The translations under genes were made by a program, and so were the position numbers. From positions 1 through 52,486 of the IMG/VR virus record IMGVR_UViG_3300002855_000002: DNA of 52,486 nt; one strand, 5' to 3'. Source of the stretch: a virus. Taxonomy: Duplodnaviria > Caudoviricetes. Below the pieces are notes generated by a model. It made no database searches. It was not told the DNA's origin and worked only from the letters and a program-made list of their open reading frames with translations. This document shows positions 36,686-46,937 of the stretch, piece after piece; within the stretch, counting starts at the first letter, position 1; each line of letters starts with the position of its first letter.

Positions 36686-37345
36686 ATACGTACATGTACG
36701 AAGTGTAATCGTCAAGAACCGGAAGTTAAATTTGCAGGACACCATAAAAAGTGTAACGGATGTAGGAACGCTGACTCCGTAGAATATCGTCGCGAATATC
36801 AACGTAAACGACGAGCGGAGAGTCCTGAAACTTCACGTGAATACAGTCGGAGGAAAACGCAAGAGTATCGCGCCAGGCATCCGCACCGGATATTCCTATC
36901 TACGTCGAATTATCTCGCTAAACGAGCGGACGTATTTTCGAATTTAACCGAAGAACAGGCGGTAGACTTATACGAACTACCGGAAGTCTGCTCGTATTGC
37001 GGCCGTACAGATACGGAGGCAGCCGAAAAGAAGGCGTTCTGTATCGATCATATTATACCGATGGTTCAAGGCGGGCCAAATAGCCGCTGGAACCTTACGA
37101 AATCCTGTAACGGATGTAATTCGTCTAAACAATCGTCATCACTTCGCGACTTCTACGAGAGAACTCCGGAATTTACGCCCGACCGCTTTAATGAAGTCGT
37201 TCGTACTATGGCGGAGCTGTCCGGATATTCAATCGAACATATCAACGAATTACTAACGCAATCATATGCATTTGAACAGGCGCACCGACGCGAACGGGAG
37301 CGCCTTTTATCGTTGCTAGGCGGACATACGGTTGTAGCCGTATAA
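36686..37345 (+). CDS. HNH endonuclease upstream of terminase, probable ATA start
   Basis: Open frame RTCTKC...CNGC...CSYC...IDHIIPMVQGGPNSRWNLTKSCNGCNSSK; no ATG/GTG/TTG before 37061; ATA is 8 nt after GGGGAGGT. Confidence 0.85.
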   Translation: MRTCTKCNRQEPEVKFAGHHKKCNGCRNADSVEYRREYQRKRRAESPETSREYSRRKTQEYRARHPHRIFLSTSNYLAKRADVFSNLTEEQAVDLYELPEVCSYCGRTDTEAAEKKAFCIDHIIPMVQGGPNSRWNLTKSCNGCNSSKQSSSLRDFYERTPEFTPDRFNEVVRTMAELSGYSIEHINELLTQSYAFEQAHRRERERLLSLLGGHTVVAV

Positions 37346-37414
37346 TTTACGGCATTTTAGCCGTCCGAATAGCGGAAAGGTATAAACACACTATAACGAA
37401 GGAGGAACGCTAAT

Positions 37415-37852
37415 ATGACGCCAAAACAACGGGCAAAACTAGAGGCGCAATTAGACGGCAGGCAACGCCAAGCTGCGCTACTTTGCGTAGAACGCGAATT
37501 TACACCGGATGCCGACCGTAAATCATTCGAACAGATCGCGGAGGAAGTAGGCGTATCGGCACGCTCGCTATGGGAATGGCGGCACCGTAACCGCGCATTC
37601 ATCAATTATGTTAACGGAGAGTCAGCGAACGTACTAGCCGCTAGCCGTCCGAAAGTATACCGACAGCTTATGAAGCTGATCGATGGTCCGCAGCCGTCCG
37701 TTAAAGCGATCGACCTATACTTTAAGCACGAAGGGTTAATTACGGCTAAAGCAGAAATCGACGTCAACGCAGCCGGAGCCGGTCCGAAATCGAACGAAGA
37801 TATTGCGGCTGAACTTGCGGAACTGGACGAGCTACTTGGGGGCGACGCCTAA
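37415..37852 (+). CDS. Terminase small subunit (HTH type)
   Basis: FEQIAEEVGVSARSLWEWR HTH; directly upstream of TerL. Confidence 0.75.
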   Translation: MTPKQRAKLEAQLDGRQRQAALLCVEREFTPDADRKSFEQIAEEVGVSARSLWEWRHRNRAFINYVNGESANVLAASRPKVYRQLMKLIDGPQPSVKAIDLYFKHEGLITAKAEIDVNAAGAGPKSNEDIAAELAELDELLGGDA

Positions 37853-39621
37853 TGTTCGTCGATGGACGTTGGCTTGACCGGACGGAGCGCAGCGAGAGAT
37901 TAACGCTTATCCGTGACCGTGCCGGCAAGCTTCGTAAATTAATCGAATCCGGACGGGCGACCGAGTATCACATCGAACAGTACCGCGAATCTGTAGCGGA
38001 GTTAAAACGGATTATTCGAATACACCGCGCGGAAGAGGACGTCGCATACTTTACTTACGAGTATCTTTCCGATGGCGGTAACGCTGATAACGAGGATAAT
38101 ATTATTCGTAACGGTGAGGACGGTACGCTGCACGATCCGCTCGACCAAATCGCGCCAATCCATCGGGAATTTTTCGACTTATGCGATTACGTCGACCATG
38201 CGGAACGGAACGCCCGACTTGCGATAGCAGCAGCCCGCGGACATTCGAAATCCGGCATGTTCTCGAACAGTTTTCCGTTACATCAAATCGTATATCGTAA
38301 GCGCAAATATATACTCGTTATATCCGAAACCGATACGTTGAGTAAGAAGCTTATCGGATGGGTAAATAAGCAGCTCAAATTTAACGCCAAGCTCCGCGAG
38401 GACTTCGGTGTTATTTTGCATGAGCGGAATAATCTCAACGAAAAGGATAACGAAGAAGCTTTTATTACCGCGTCCGGCACGTTAGTCGAGGCGTCTTCGT
38501 CCGGTAAGCAGCTCCGCGGTAAACGGCATGGTTCGTATCGTCCCGACCTCGTTATCGTCGATGATCCATCATCGCAGAATAACGAAGGAACGAAGGAAGC
38601 GCGGGAAAAGCTCGTACACTGGTTTAACTCTGTCGTCGTACCGATTGGAACCAAGTCGACCGCTATTATACTCGTCGGAACGATGGTATCCGCGACCGGC
38701 TTGCTTAATCACGTACTTAAACGTAAGGACTTCAAGTCCTCGTTTCATGGCGCGGTCATTTCGGAACCGGACAATCCGGAATTATGGGAGCAGTACCTCG
38801 AAGTTTACGGACGGTCCGAATCGATGGCGGAAGTGGACGAGTTTTACGAAGCCAACCGGGCAGAACTCGAAGCAGGAGTCGAACTTGCGTGGCCGTGGCG
38901 TTGGACATATCGAGCGTTAATGCACGAAAAGTTTAACATGGGCACGCGCGCATATAACTCGGAGTTCCGTAACATGGCGTTTTCCGAGGACGAACAATTC
39001 TTCTTTCCGGAGAATTTCGCCTATTATCGTTACGAGTACGGAACTGGACATGAGGCCGACCGAAGATATATCCGTTATAACGAACTACGGATACCGGTCG
39101 AAGAATTAACAATTAGTGGTGCGTGGGACATAGCGCTCGGTAAGAATGCGCGGTCGTGCTATAACGCGGTGGTGACGGTTGGACGCTACGAAAAGACCGG
39201 TCACCTATTCGTATTAGACGTGTACGCATCGAAAGAGCCAGCGCACGTTTATATCGACCTTATCGTAAATAAAATCCGAGAATGGCGGCATCACATATTC
39301 AGTGTCGAGACGATAAACGCGCAGCACGAATTTTACCGCCAGTTACAAGAGGCGCTTCGAAAACAAGGCGTTACACGAACGAGAATTAACGATGTGAAGT
39401 CGTATAAATCGTCGAAAGAGGAGCGTATCGAATCGTTAGAACCGATGTGTCATAACAAGACGCTCGTATTTAACGAAGGACATGCGATATTACTCGATCA
39501 GATGCAGCAATATCCTTACGGTGACTTCGTGGACGCTATCGACGCGCTGCAATTATCGGTCGAACACGTTGCTCGAGCGAAGAAAGTAGTACGAAATAAA
39601 CCGGAAATTTTCTATAAATAA
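37852..39621 (+). CDS. Terminase large subunit
   Basis: ARGHSKS Walker A, VIVDD Walker B, VGT, WDIA nuclease, DAIDA. Confidence 0.9.
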   Translation: MFVDGRWLDRTERSERLTLIRDRAGKLRKLIESGRATEYHIEQYRESVAELKRIIRIHRAEEDVAYFTYEYLSDGGNADNEDNIIRNGEDGTLHDPLDQIAPIHREFFDLCDYVDHAERNARLAIAAARGHSKSGMFSNSFPLHQIVYRKRKYILVISETDTLSKKLIGWVNKQLKFNAKLREDFGVILHERNNLNEKDNEEAFITASGTLVEASSSGKQLRGKRHGSYRPDLVIVDDPSSQNNEGTKEAREKLVHWFNSVVVPIGTKSTAIILVGTMVSATGLLNHVLKRKDFKSSFHGAVISEPDNPELWEQYLEVYGRSESMAEVDEFYEANRAELEAGVELAWPWRWTYRALMHEKFNMGTRAYNSEFRNMAFSEDEQFFFPENFAYYRYEYGTGHEADRRYIRYNELRIPVEELTISGAWDIALGKNARSCYNAVVTVGRYEKTGHLFVLDVYASKEPAHVYIDLIVNKIREWRHHIFSVETINAQHEFYRQLQEALRKQGVTRTRINDVKSYKSSKEERIESLEPMCHNKTLVFNEGHAILLDQMQQYPYGDFVDAIDALQLSVEHVARAKKVVRNKPEIFYK

Positions 39622-39639
39622 CGAAAGGAGGACGTTAAT

Positions 39640-41178
39640 TTGTCGAAGTTATTCCAGCCTGGAGCCAGTTATCCGCCACCATCCGAAATTGAACGGCTCG
39701 CGAAGTACAAACGTGCCCGAGCGATATTCGACGGCCGCTTATACGAAGTATACGAGCGCGCATCGGACTTGCTGAAGGATACGCCAGCAGCTCCGCAGCT
39801 CGCGAAACTGTACATCGCGGTCAACCTAATGGAAGTTATAACGACCAAGCCGGCCGACTTAATGGTTGGCGATCCGCCCACGTTTGAATCCGGAGAACGC
39901 GACGACACAGCGGAACAGGCGGCACTTAACCGTATCGTCGAAGAGAACGACATCGTACAACTCGTACACGAAACGGTAATAGGCGCGGGCATCCGTGGCG
40001 ACGCGTGGTATAAGACGTACTATGCGCAGCGGCAAGACTACTCCGCGTTAAAGGCGGAAGGATTACCGATTCCAACGGACGCTAAACCGGAGCCAATTAT
40101 CGAAGCGGTCGACGCTAACTACGTATTCCCGGAATTGGCGCGTGGCAGCCGAAAGAAATTTAAGGCGATAAATATCGCATATATCGAATGGGTCGACGAA
40201 GGTAAGGACGAAGTACCGTATCTGAACGTTGAGCGCCATTTGCCAGGATATATCGTATATGAACGGTACAAGGCGTATTCAACTGGCGTAGATAATTCGT
40301 TTGGCGTTCCGATTCCAACGTTTATGATCGGTGACACAGTGCCGACGGGTCGCGACGAAAATACCGTAGTAACAGGCGCAGACCGTCCGCTCATTTTCCA
40401 CGTACCGTACAAGTCGGTCGACGATGACTGGCGCGGTATTGGCGGCATTGAGAAGCTTGAATCCGTACTCGCTGCGATAAACGACCGCATCGTACAAATC
40501 GATTACATTCTATGGAAGCACGCAGATCCAATCGCGTACGGTCCGGCAGATATTGACGGGGGCGACGATGACGGAGACGGTGCTGTTCGTTGGGGAGGCA
40601 AGTATATTCCGGTCAATAAAGAAGACGTAACGCCCGGATATATGACGTGGAGTGGCGAACTAGACGCGGCTTTCCGCGAACTGGACATGCTGTTATCAAT
40701 AGTATTCGTCGAATCCGAAACTCCACAGTGGTTATTCGGAACGGTCATCGCTGGCGGAGATAAAGGCGGAACAGGAACGTCGCACACGGACGGTGTAGCG
40801 ATTAAGGCGCGGTTCATGCCGATTCTTTCGAAAGTCCGACGGATACGGGCGCACGTTGACAAAGCACTCCGCGACGCGTTATGGACTGCGATGGTACTCG
40901 AAAATTACGCGAACGAAGGTATCGAAGGCTTTACGCCTTACGATCCGGTATATCCGAAAATTAACTGGCGCGACGGTATTCCGAAGAACGAGAAGGAAGA
41001 AGCGGAGATTTATTCGATTAGGACGGGCGCGAAGCCGACAATTGACGTTAAGTCCGCTATTAAACGTATGGATTCGTACGACGATATGCAGGCGGACGAA
41101 ATTACGCAGCGGATCAAAGCGGACGAAAAGGCGGCAGGCTACGTTGACTCTACGATATATAACGAGGTAGTCGTATGA
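39640..41178 (+). CDS. Portal protein (SPP1 gp6-like)
   Basis: Size (512 aa) and position after TerL. Confidence 0.85.
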   Translation: MSKLFQPGASYPPPSEIERLAKYKRARAIFDGRLYEVYERASDLLKDTPAAPQLAKLYIAVNLMEVITTKPADLMVGDPPTFESGERDDTAEQAALNRIVEENDIVQLVHETVIGAGIRGDAWYKTYYAQRQDYSALKAEGLPIPTDAKPEPIIEAVDANYVFPELARGSRKKFKAINIAYIEWVDEGKDEVPYLNVERHLPGYIVYERYKAYSTGVDNSFGVPIPTFMIGDTVPTGRDENTVVTGADRPLIFHVPYKSVDDDWRGIGGIEKLESVLAAINDRIVQIDYILWKHADPIAYGPADIDGGDDDGDGAVRWGGKYIPVNKEDVTPGYMTWSGELDAAFRELDMLLSIVFVESETPQWLFGTVIAGGDKGGTGTSHTDGVAIKARFMPILSKVRRIRAHVDKALRDALWTAMVLENYANEGIEGFTPYDPVYPKINWRDGIPKNEKEEAEIYSIRTGAKPTIDVKSAIKRMDSYDDMQADEITQRIKADEKAAGYVDSTIYNEVVV

Positions 41179-41981
41179 CGGAGCGAGATATCGAAACGCT
41201 AGTCAAAGCGTATAAAGACGCAGTTAAACGTATACGAGCGGAATTATTATCGCTTGACTTAACGGATATGTCGCGGGCTATTACCGAAGCCGCTCTCCGC
41301 GAAGTTGCCGGCATATTACGCGAGCTTAACGAAGAATCCGCGTTATGGGTTGCGGAGCATGTGCCGGAAGTCGGACGGCAGGCTGTAGCGGAAACTATCG
41401 TAATGCTCGGAGCCGCGGAAAGCTTACGGGAAGCACGCGAAATTATGACGTTTAGCCGAATGAACCAAACGCTTGTTAACGCAGTTATCGAGGATACGCA
41501 GGCGGATTTATTCGCGGTTACACAAAACATAACTAAGCGAGTTAGAACGGTCGTCCGAACAGTGGCTGGTGAGTCGATGCGAGCGAATGTGGTGGCCGGT
41601 ATTAACGGACGGAAGACAATTAGCCGAGAGATACTCACAAAAATGCGGACAGAACTCGGTAAGGCGGTGGATACTGGTATCATCGACGTAGCTGGGAACC
41701 GATGGGAGCCGCAAGTTTACGTCGATATGTTAGTCCGTACGAAAATAGCGGCAACCGCTCGCGAGGTACGAATAAACGAAGCGGTCAGCCGTGGCGTTAT
41801 GTACGGACGCATATCGAAACATGGCGCGACGGATGCGTGCCGAGATTACGAAGGAATGATCGTAAAGCTAGTACCGGAGGCTCCCGGTGATTATCCGTAT
41901 ATTGGCGACTTGCCGAGAAACAAAATTTTCCATCCAAATTGTCGTCATCAGATTTTACCGGTGAGAAATCCGGAGAAATAG
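41175..41981 (+). CDS. Minor capsid / head morphogenesis protein
   Basis: MLVRT, C-terminal FHPNCRH. Confidence 0.8.
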   Translation: MTERDIETLVKAYKDAVKRIRAELLSLDLTDMSRAITEAALREVAGILRELNEESALWVAEHVPEVGRQAVAETIVMLGAAESLREAREIMTFSRMNQTLVNAVIEDTQADLFAVTQNITKRVRTVVRTVAGESMRANVVAGINGRKTISREILTKMRTELGKAVDTGIIDVAGNRWEPQVYVDMLVRTKIAATAREVRINEAVSRGVMYGRISKHGATDACRDYEGMIVKLVPEAPGDYPYIGDLPRNKIFHPNCRHQILPVRNPEK

Positions 41982-42061
41982 GCGAAAGCCCGACCGAACG
42001 TACACGTCGTTAAACTGATACGGATATTATAGTCGACGGACTGTAAACGGTGAGGTAACGA

Positions 42062-42751
42062 ATGAAACACGATAAACTAACGAAGTATAGATTTCCGTTA
42101 AACTTACAGACGTTCAGCGAGCCGGAAACGAATGATCCAATTGATCCGGAGCCAACACCGGAGCCTAAAACGGTAACTATGACGCAGGACGAACTTAACG
42201 CGTTAATTGCGAAGGAAAAGGCGAAAGCCAAGAAGCCTTACGCTAATTACGATGAAATCTCCGCTAAACTAGCTGAATTGGAAAAAGCAGAAGAACAACG
42301 TAAACTTGCGGAAATGTCCGAGCAGGAACGCATTCAAGCGGAACTATCAACGTATAAAAAAGCCGCAGAAGAAGCGGAAGCAGCGCGAAGCCAAGCGTTA
42401 GAACTTGCGAATCAACGCTCGATTAAGGCGGAATTTAAGCTTGCGGCAGCAGGCGCTAATATCCGTGCAGACGCGTTAGAGGATGCGTACATTCTCGTTG
42501 ATAAGTCGGGTATTACCGTAGACGAAGGCGGCAACGTTGTAGGCGTGAGCGAGGCGTTAGAGGCGCTAGTTACGGCTAAACCGTACCTAATCGAAGTCAA
42601 ACAGCCGCAGAATCCGAAGATTATCGGAGAGCCGAACAATCCGAAAGAGGAAGAACGCAAGACGCTGCAAGCGCAATTAGACGACGCGAAGAAACGTAAG
42701 GACTTCGGTAAAGTCGTAGAACTTTCGAACAAATTAATTAACTTGAAATAA
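42062..42751 (+). CDS. Head scaffolding protein
   Basis: N-terminal PLNLQTF (LNLQxF) motif, TQDELN, coiled coil, KPYL. Confidence 0.8.
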   Translation: MKHDKLTKYRFPLNLQTFSEPETNDPIDPEPTPEPKTVTMTQDELNALIAKEKAKAKKPYANYDEISAKLAELEKAEEQRKLAEMSEQERIQAELSTYKKAAEEAEAARSQALELANQRSIKAEFKLAAAGANIRADALEDAYILVDKSGITVDEGGNVVGVSEALEALVTAKPYLIEVKQPQNPKIIGEPNNPKEEERKTLQAQLDDAKKRKDFGKVVELSNKLINLK

Positions 42752-42754
42752 AGG

Positions 42755-42784
42755 GTCGAGCGTAAACCAGCGCTTGGCTTTTTT
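42755..42784 (+). terminator. Terminator-like hairpin between scaffold and capsid genes
   Basis: GTCGAGCG...CGCTTGGC followed by T6. Confidence 0.5.
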
Positions 42785-42816
42785 ATTTATAAAAACAATT
42801 TAGGGGGAAATTATTA

Positions 42817-43938
42817 ATGACAGCACTAACATATGATTTTAAGGATCAAGTACGACAGTTAGAGGCGGGTATTTCGCTTATTCTCGAAGATGCACCTACA
42901 TTGCTAGGCTTAATTGGACTAGACGGAGAGCCACTTTATCAGACGAAGTTCGAATGGATGTCTGATAATCTTAACTCTAACCGTGCAACCGTAGCGGCAG
43001 AAGCACTTGCGGCAGCAACGAGCATTACGGTAGCGACTGGCGACGGTGAGAAGTTCCGCGTTAATGCAATCGCAGTAGCAGGTGAGGAGTACATGCAAGT
43101 TACTGCGGTAAGTGGTGACGTGGTTACTTTTGTTCGTGGATTTGACGGTACGACTGCGGCAACAATCGAGGCAGGCGACGAAATCCGTATCGTATCACGT
43201 CCGCAACTACAGGGCGCGGGTCCAGGCGTTGACGAGAGCCACGACCGTTACACAGACTACAACTTCACGCAAATTATCGAGCGCTATGCGGCAGTTTCCG
43301 GTACACAACAAGCGGTTAAAACGCACAACGTAACAAACGAGCTGGATTACCAAGTGCAACTACGTTTGAAGGAGATTCACCGCGAGCTTAACGATTGGCT
43401 GATTTACGGTCGTCGTATTCAAGGTCAACGTAATGTACCGTCAACATCCGGAGGTCTATTGAACTTTGCGGGAATCAAAGGTGCTTATAAGCAAAACGCT
43501 AGTGGCAGCGAAGTTAGCGCGAAATCCCTTAACGACTTGGCGGAGCAAGTGTACCAACGCGGAGGCGAAGTAAACACAATCATCACAAATACAGCGGGCG
43601 CACGTCAAATCTCGAAGTTTGCCGGAGACTCTATCGTAACTGAACGTACTGATACAACGTCCGGACACCGTATTCAGACGTTCGTATCCGACATCGTTAG
43701 CGGTAGCGTAGCGACCGTTGTTGTTGATCCGAACTTCCCGAAAGACAAGATTGCTCTATTCGACCGCAGCATCCTTAAACTGTCTCCGTTGCAAGGACGC
43801 GCGCTGTGGGACGAGGACGCTACTACTAAGGGCGCTGACTTCGTGGCTCGTCAGATTCGCGGTGAGTATGGAATTACAGTTAAGAACGCGAAAGAGAAAA
43901 TCGCGATCCTCGAAAATATCTCTAAATCCGTATCGTAA
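42817..43938 (+). CDS. Major capsid protein
   Basis: Position after scaffold; KFEWMSD, NFTQII, GEYGI. Confidence 0.85.
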   Translation: MTALTYDFKDQVRQLEAGISLILEDAPTLLGLIGLDGEPLYQTKFEWMSDNLNSNRATVAAEALAAATSITVATGDGEKFRVNAIAVAGEEYMQVTAVSGDVVTFVRGFDGTTAATIEAGDEIRIVSRPQLQGAGPGVDESHDRYTDYNFTQIIERYAAVSGTQQAVKTHNVTNELDYQVQLRLKEIHRELNDWLIYGRRIQGQRNVPSTSGGLLNFAGIKGAYKQNASGSEVSAKSLNDLAEQVYQRGGEVNTIITNTAGARQISKFAGDSIVTERTDTTSGHRIQTFVSDIVSGSVATVVVDPNFPKDKIALFDRSILKLSPLQGRALWDEDATTKGADFVARQIRGEYGITVKNAKEKIAILENISKSVS

Positions 43939-43990
43939 TAACAGGGGCCTAGCGGTCCCTTCTCAATAAATTAACGAAAGGATGACGAAA

Positions 43991-44302
43991 TTGGCGAAGT
44001 ATAAAGCAGCACCGTTTTATGTCGTAAATACTGGCGAATCAGACGTAAAATTCGATTGGCTAGGTGAGTACGTAACAAATAAAGCGGACGAAATAGCGGT
44101 ACTCAACGGACTTGTTCCGAAATGGATTTCGAAAGTAGACGAGCCGAAAGTCGACGATGATAATGCGGGTATAGAATCGGAAGAATCTCCGGAAATAATC
44201 GAAGAAACTAATACGACGGAGGCTGCCGTTACGGATGCGGTAGAAGTACCGGACGAAACTCCGAAACCTACTGCTAAAGGGCGCAAATCCTCCGGTAAAT
44301 AA
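43991..44302 (+). CDS. Hypothetical head-associated protein
   Basis: SD then TTG; acidic low-complexity tail. Confidence 0.6.
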   Translation: MAKYKAAPFYVVNTGESDVKFDWLGEYVTNKADEIAVLNGLVPKWISKVDEPKVDDDNAGIESEESPEIIEETNTTEAAVTDAVEVPDETPKPTAKGRKSSGK

Positions 44303-44322
44303 TCGGATGGAGGTGCGTCGAT

Positions 44323-44718
44323 ATGACGCTAAGTATAGAAAACGCGGATACTTATATTAACGAAAATTGTATCGATGTTGAGGATTGGACGGAGTCAGAC
44401 GAGGCGAAAAAACAACGGATAGTTAACGTCGCCAACCGCAAGCTTACGACCAAGTACGCTCAATACACGATACCGGACGCGGCAGTATACGAATACGCGA
44501 ACGAATTAGCAATCGCATTTAACGATACGAACCGGTTAAATATGCAAGGCGTGTCCTTCGCGTCATTACCGGGCGTGGCGAGCTTTTCTTTCCGCGATGG
44601 TGGCGGATTAGACGCTATCCTTAATAAACGGATAACTGACGCGGTGCTTGCGCTTATTTCCGAAGCCAACGACGGTGTAATGCTATCGAGACGCGTGTTG
44701 AAATGGACGGTGTTGTAA
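44323..44718 (+). CDS. Head-tail adaptor
   Basis: Position; ADTYI...W motif. Confidence 0.6.
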   Translation: MTLSIENADTYINENCIDVEDWTESDEAKKQRIVNVANRKLTTKYAQYTIPDAAVYEYANELAIAFNDTNRLNMQGVSFASLPGVASFSFRDGGGLDAILNKRITDAVLALISEANDGVMLSRRVLKWTVL

Positions 44719-45033
44719 ATGGCGATGATACCGTTAAGGCAAACAATCAACGTTTATCCGCCCGATAATGACGATCCGTGGGACCCAACTCCTGCGGAGC
44801 CATTTACGATAAAATGCCGCTTTCAAGAGAATATCGAAAAAGTCCGCAATCAGCACGGAGCCGAGGTCGTTTCGTCCGCGCAAATATTCCTCGATAAATT
44901 CGCGCCAGTTACCGTTAACCATTCGTTTGAGTACGTAGACGAGAGCGGAACAAAAATAACGTATAAGCCGCATAATGTCGCGCGCAAACGGTGGCTAAAC
45001 GGTAAGGCGATTTTAACGGTAGTATACGTATGA
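44719..45033 (+). CDS. Head closure protein
   Basis: Position; VRNQHGAEVVSSAQI. Confidence 0.6.
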   Translation: MAMIPLRQTINVYPPDNDDPWDPTPAEPFTIKCRFQENIEKVRNQHGAEVVSSAQIFLDKFAPVTVNHSFEYVDESGTKITYKPHNVARKRWLNGKAILTVVYV

Positions 45034-45046
45034 GGAGGCGTTGGCG

Positions 45047-45460
45047 ATAGCTGGAAAAGGCGGAATCGACTTTGATATTAGCGGAGTAATGGCGGGACTA
45101 GAGCGGAAGTTCTTACAAATAGAAGCGGCCGCAAAGCACGAAATGGGCGAGTGTATGGGCGACTTACTGGCGGAAAGCTCCGAGATAGCACCGTTAGATA
45201 AAGGTGTGTTGCGCGGATCGGCATGGCAAGACGTATCTTCGGATAACGGAACAATAACCGGTAGCGTGTCGTATTGGGCCGAAGAAAAAGACGGGGCACG
45301 ATTCAACTATGCGCTAAAAGTACACGAAATGGGCGAGTATAAGAATCCGACGACGCCCGGCACGCGACCGAAGTTTCTATCGGAACCGATGAAGAAGAAC
45401 GCGGATACGTATAAGCAGCGGATAGCGGACGCCATAAGCAAGGCGGTGAAGAACGGATGA
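45047..45460 (+). CDS. HK97 gp10-like neck protein, probable ATA start (TTG 45041 alternative)
   Basis: APLDKGVLRGS, YALKVHE, PKFL. Confidence 0.75.
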   Translation: MAGKGGIDFDISGVMAGLERKFLQIEAAAKHEMGECMGDLLAESSEIAPLDKGVLRGSAWQDVSSDNGTITGSVSYWAEEKDGARFNYALKVHEMGEYKNPTTPGTRPKFLSEPMKKNADTYKQRIADAISKAVKNG

Positions 45461-45840
45461 TCTCGATAAATGACGTAAAGACTGCGGTTAACAATGCCGC
45501 GCCTTTTACGTATTATCCGAATGAATTTCCGGGGACAGCACCGGACGATTGCGGTTACGTGCGATTATATGGCGGCTTCCGCCCGTCGCAATGGACCGGT
45601 AAGATGCAGCCGACGTTACAAGTCGTTGTCCGTGCGAAGTCCGGAATCACAGCGGAACAAAAGGCGTGGGCGGTATATGGAGCGCTTAATGGACGGACAA
45701 ACTACGCAATCGGGACGCAGAAGATATCGTCCAGTTTCGCGGATCAGTCGGCTCCGTTATATCTCGGAGTAGATGCGAATAACCGTCCGATGTATAGCGT
45801 TAATTTTACGTTGACGTATATCGACGGACAGACAATTTAA
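45457..45840 (+). CDS. Tail terminator / minor capsid protein
   Basis: QVVVRA, LGVDANNRPMYSVNF. Confidence 0.7.
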   Translation: MISINDVKTAVNNAAPFTYYPNEFPGTAPDDCGYVRLYGGFRPSQWTGKMQPTLQVVVRAKSGITAEQKAWAVYGALNGRTNYAIGTQKISSSFADQSAPLYLGVDANNRPMYSVNFTLTYIDGQTI

Positions 45841-45915
45841 TAAACAACGTGGGAAACCGTAGAGCCGTGGGCTTTGCGGTCTTTTTGCGTTGACTAAACA
45901 TTAGGGGGAAACGAA

Positions 45916-46449
45916 ATGGCAGTAAATGCGGAAACAATTAAACTCGGCCCGTGCAAGGTAACGTTTGACGTAGGAGGTACGAAGCCTATCGTATTTGAAC
46001 AGACGCAGGGCGGTGTCGTACTGACTTACGAAGAAACTACGCGTGATATTAACGTTGACCAACTCGGCACATCGCCAGCAGACGTAATCATTACCGGTCG
46101 TACCGCAACAATCGCGGTTCCAATCGTCGAATTTGATCTTGAGAAACTTTCGGCAATTATTCCAGGCGCAAAGCTCGTTGTCGATGGTGATAAGAAACGC
46201 GTAGATGTAAGCGCAGCGAAAGTTGAACGCTTATTTAAGTATGCGAAGAAAGTTCAGCTCGAACCGCTCGATTCCGGAGCGACCGCAGAAGACACTGTAA
46301 CGCTATACAAAGCGGCAGCACAAACGAATCTTAACTATACGTACAGCTACGATAACGAACTCATTACTAACGTAACATTCCGTGCATTTGAGGACGCAGA
46401 AAACGGACTTATTTCGTTTGGCGATCCTACCGCAACAGCAACGCCATAG
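45916..46449 (+). CDS. Major tail tube protein
   Basis: IKLGPCKV, TQGGV, DQLG; position. Confidence 0.8.
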   Translation: MAVNAETIKLGPCKVTFDVGGTKPIVFEQTQGGVVLTYEETTRDINVDQLGTSPADVIITGRTATIAVPIVEFDLEKLSAIIPGAKLVVDGDKKRVDVSAAKVERLFKYAKKVQLEPLDSGATAEDTVTLYKAAAQTNLNYTYSYDNELITNVTFRAFEDAENGLISFGDPTATATP

Positions 46450-46465
46450 TAACGATAAATTAACG

Positions 46466-46497
46466 AAAGAGCAGCGGTTTATTCCGTTGCTCTTTTT
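46466..46497 (+). terminator. Intrinsic terminator after the major tail gene
   Basis: AAAGAGCAGCGG...CCGTTGCTCTTT. Confidence 0.7.
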
Positions 46498-46517
46498 ATA
46501 TGGAGGCGAAAGCAATC

Positions 46518-46937
46518 GTGATTTCACGTTTATTTAATAAAAATAACGGAGTCGGTTCGGATAATACGGTATTTCTCGGTGACAAAATCGTCGAGATTCC
46601 GAAGCTGACACCGGCAAAATACAAGCTATTATTCGGACGCATCGAAACGTTGCCGCAAGTTATCGCACGAATCGTAATGGCGCGAGGCGAGGCGGACTTC
46701 ATATCGACTGCGTTAATTGGCGTTGACATCGCGCTCGACGAAGTGGTCGAGGTTATCGCGGCACTAACCGGACTTGAAGCGGAATATGTCGCGGAGAATG
46801 CCGGCATTGACGAAATCACGACGTTTATCGCACGCACAATCGAGCGTAACGACTTGGCGCAAACGCTAAAAAACTTGCAAGCCGTCCTAGCCGCGGTCAA
46901 GGCTCCGGTAATGGGCGGCAACAGCAACGGCAATTAA
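46518..46937 (+). CDS. Tail assembly chaperone (gpG-like)
   Basis: Between major tail and tape measure; slippery A AAA AAC at 46868-46874. Confidence 0.75.
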   Translation: MISRLFNKNNGVGSDNTVFLGDKIVEIPKLTPAKYKLLFGRIETLPQVIARIVMARGEADFISTALIGVDIALDEVVEVIAALTGLEAEYVAENAGIDEITTFIARTIERNDLAQTLKNLQAVLAAVKAPVMGGNSNGN

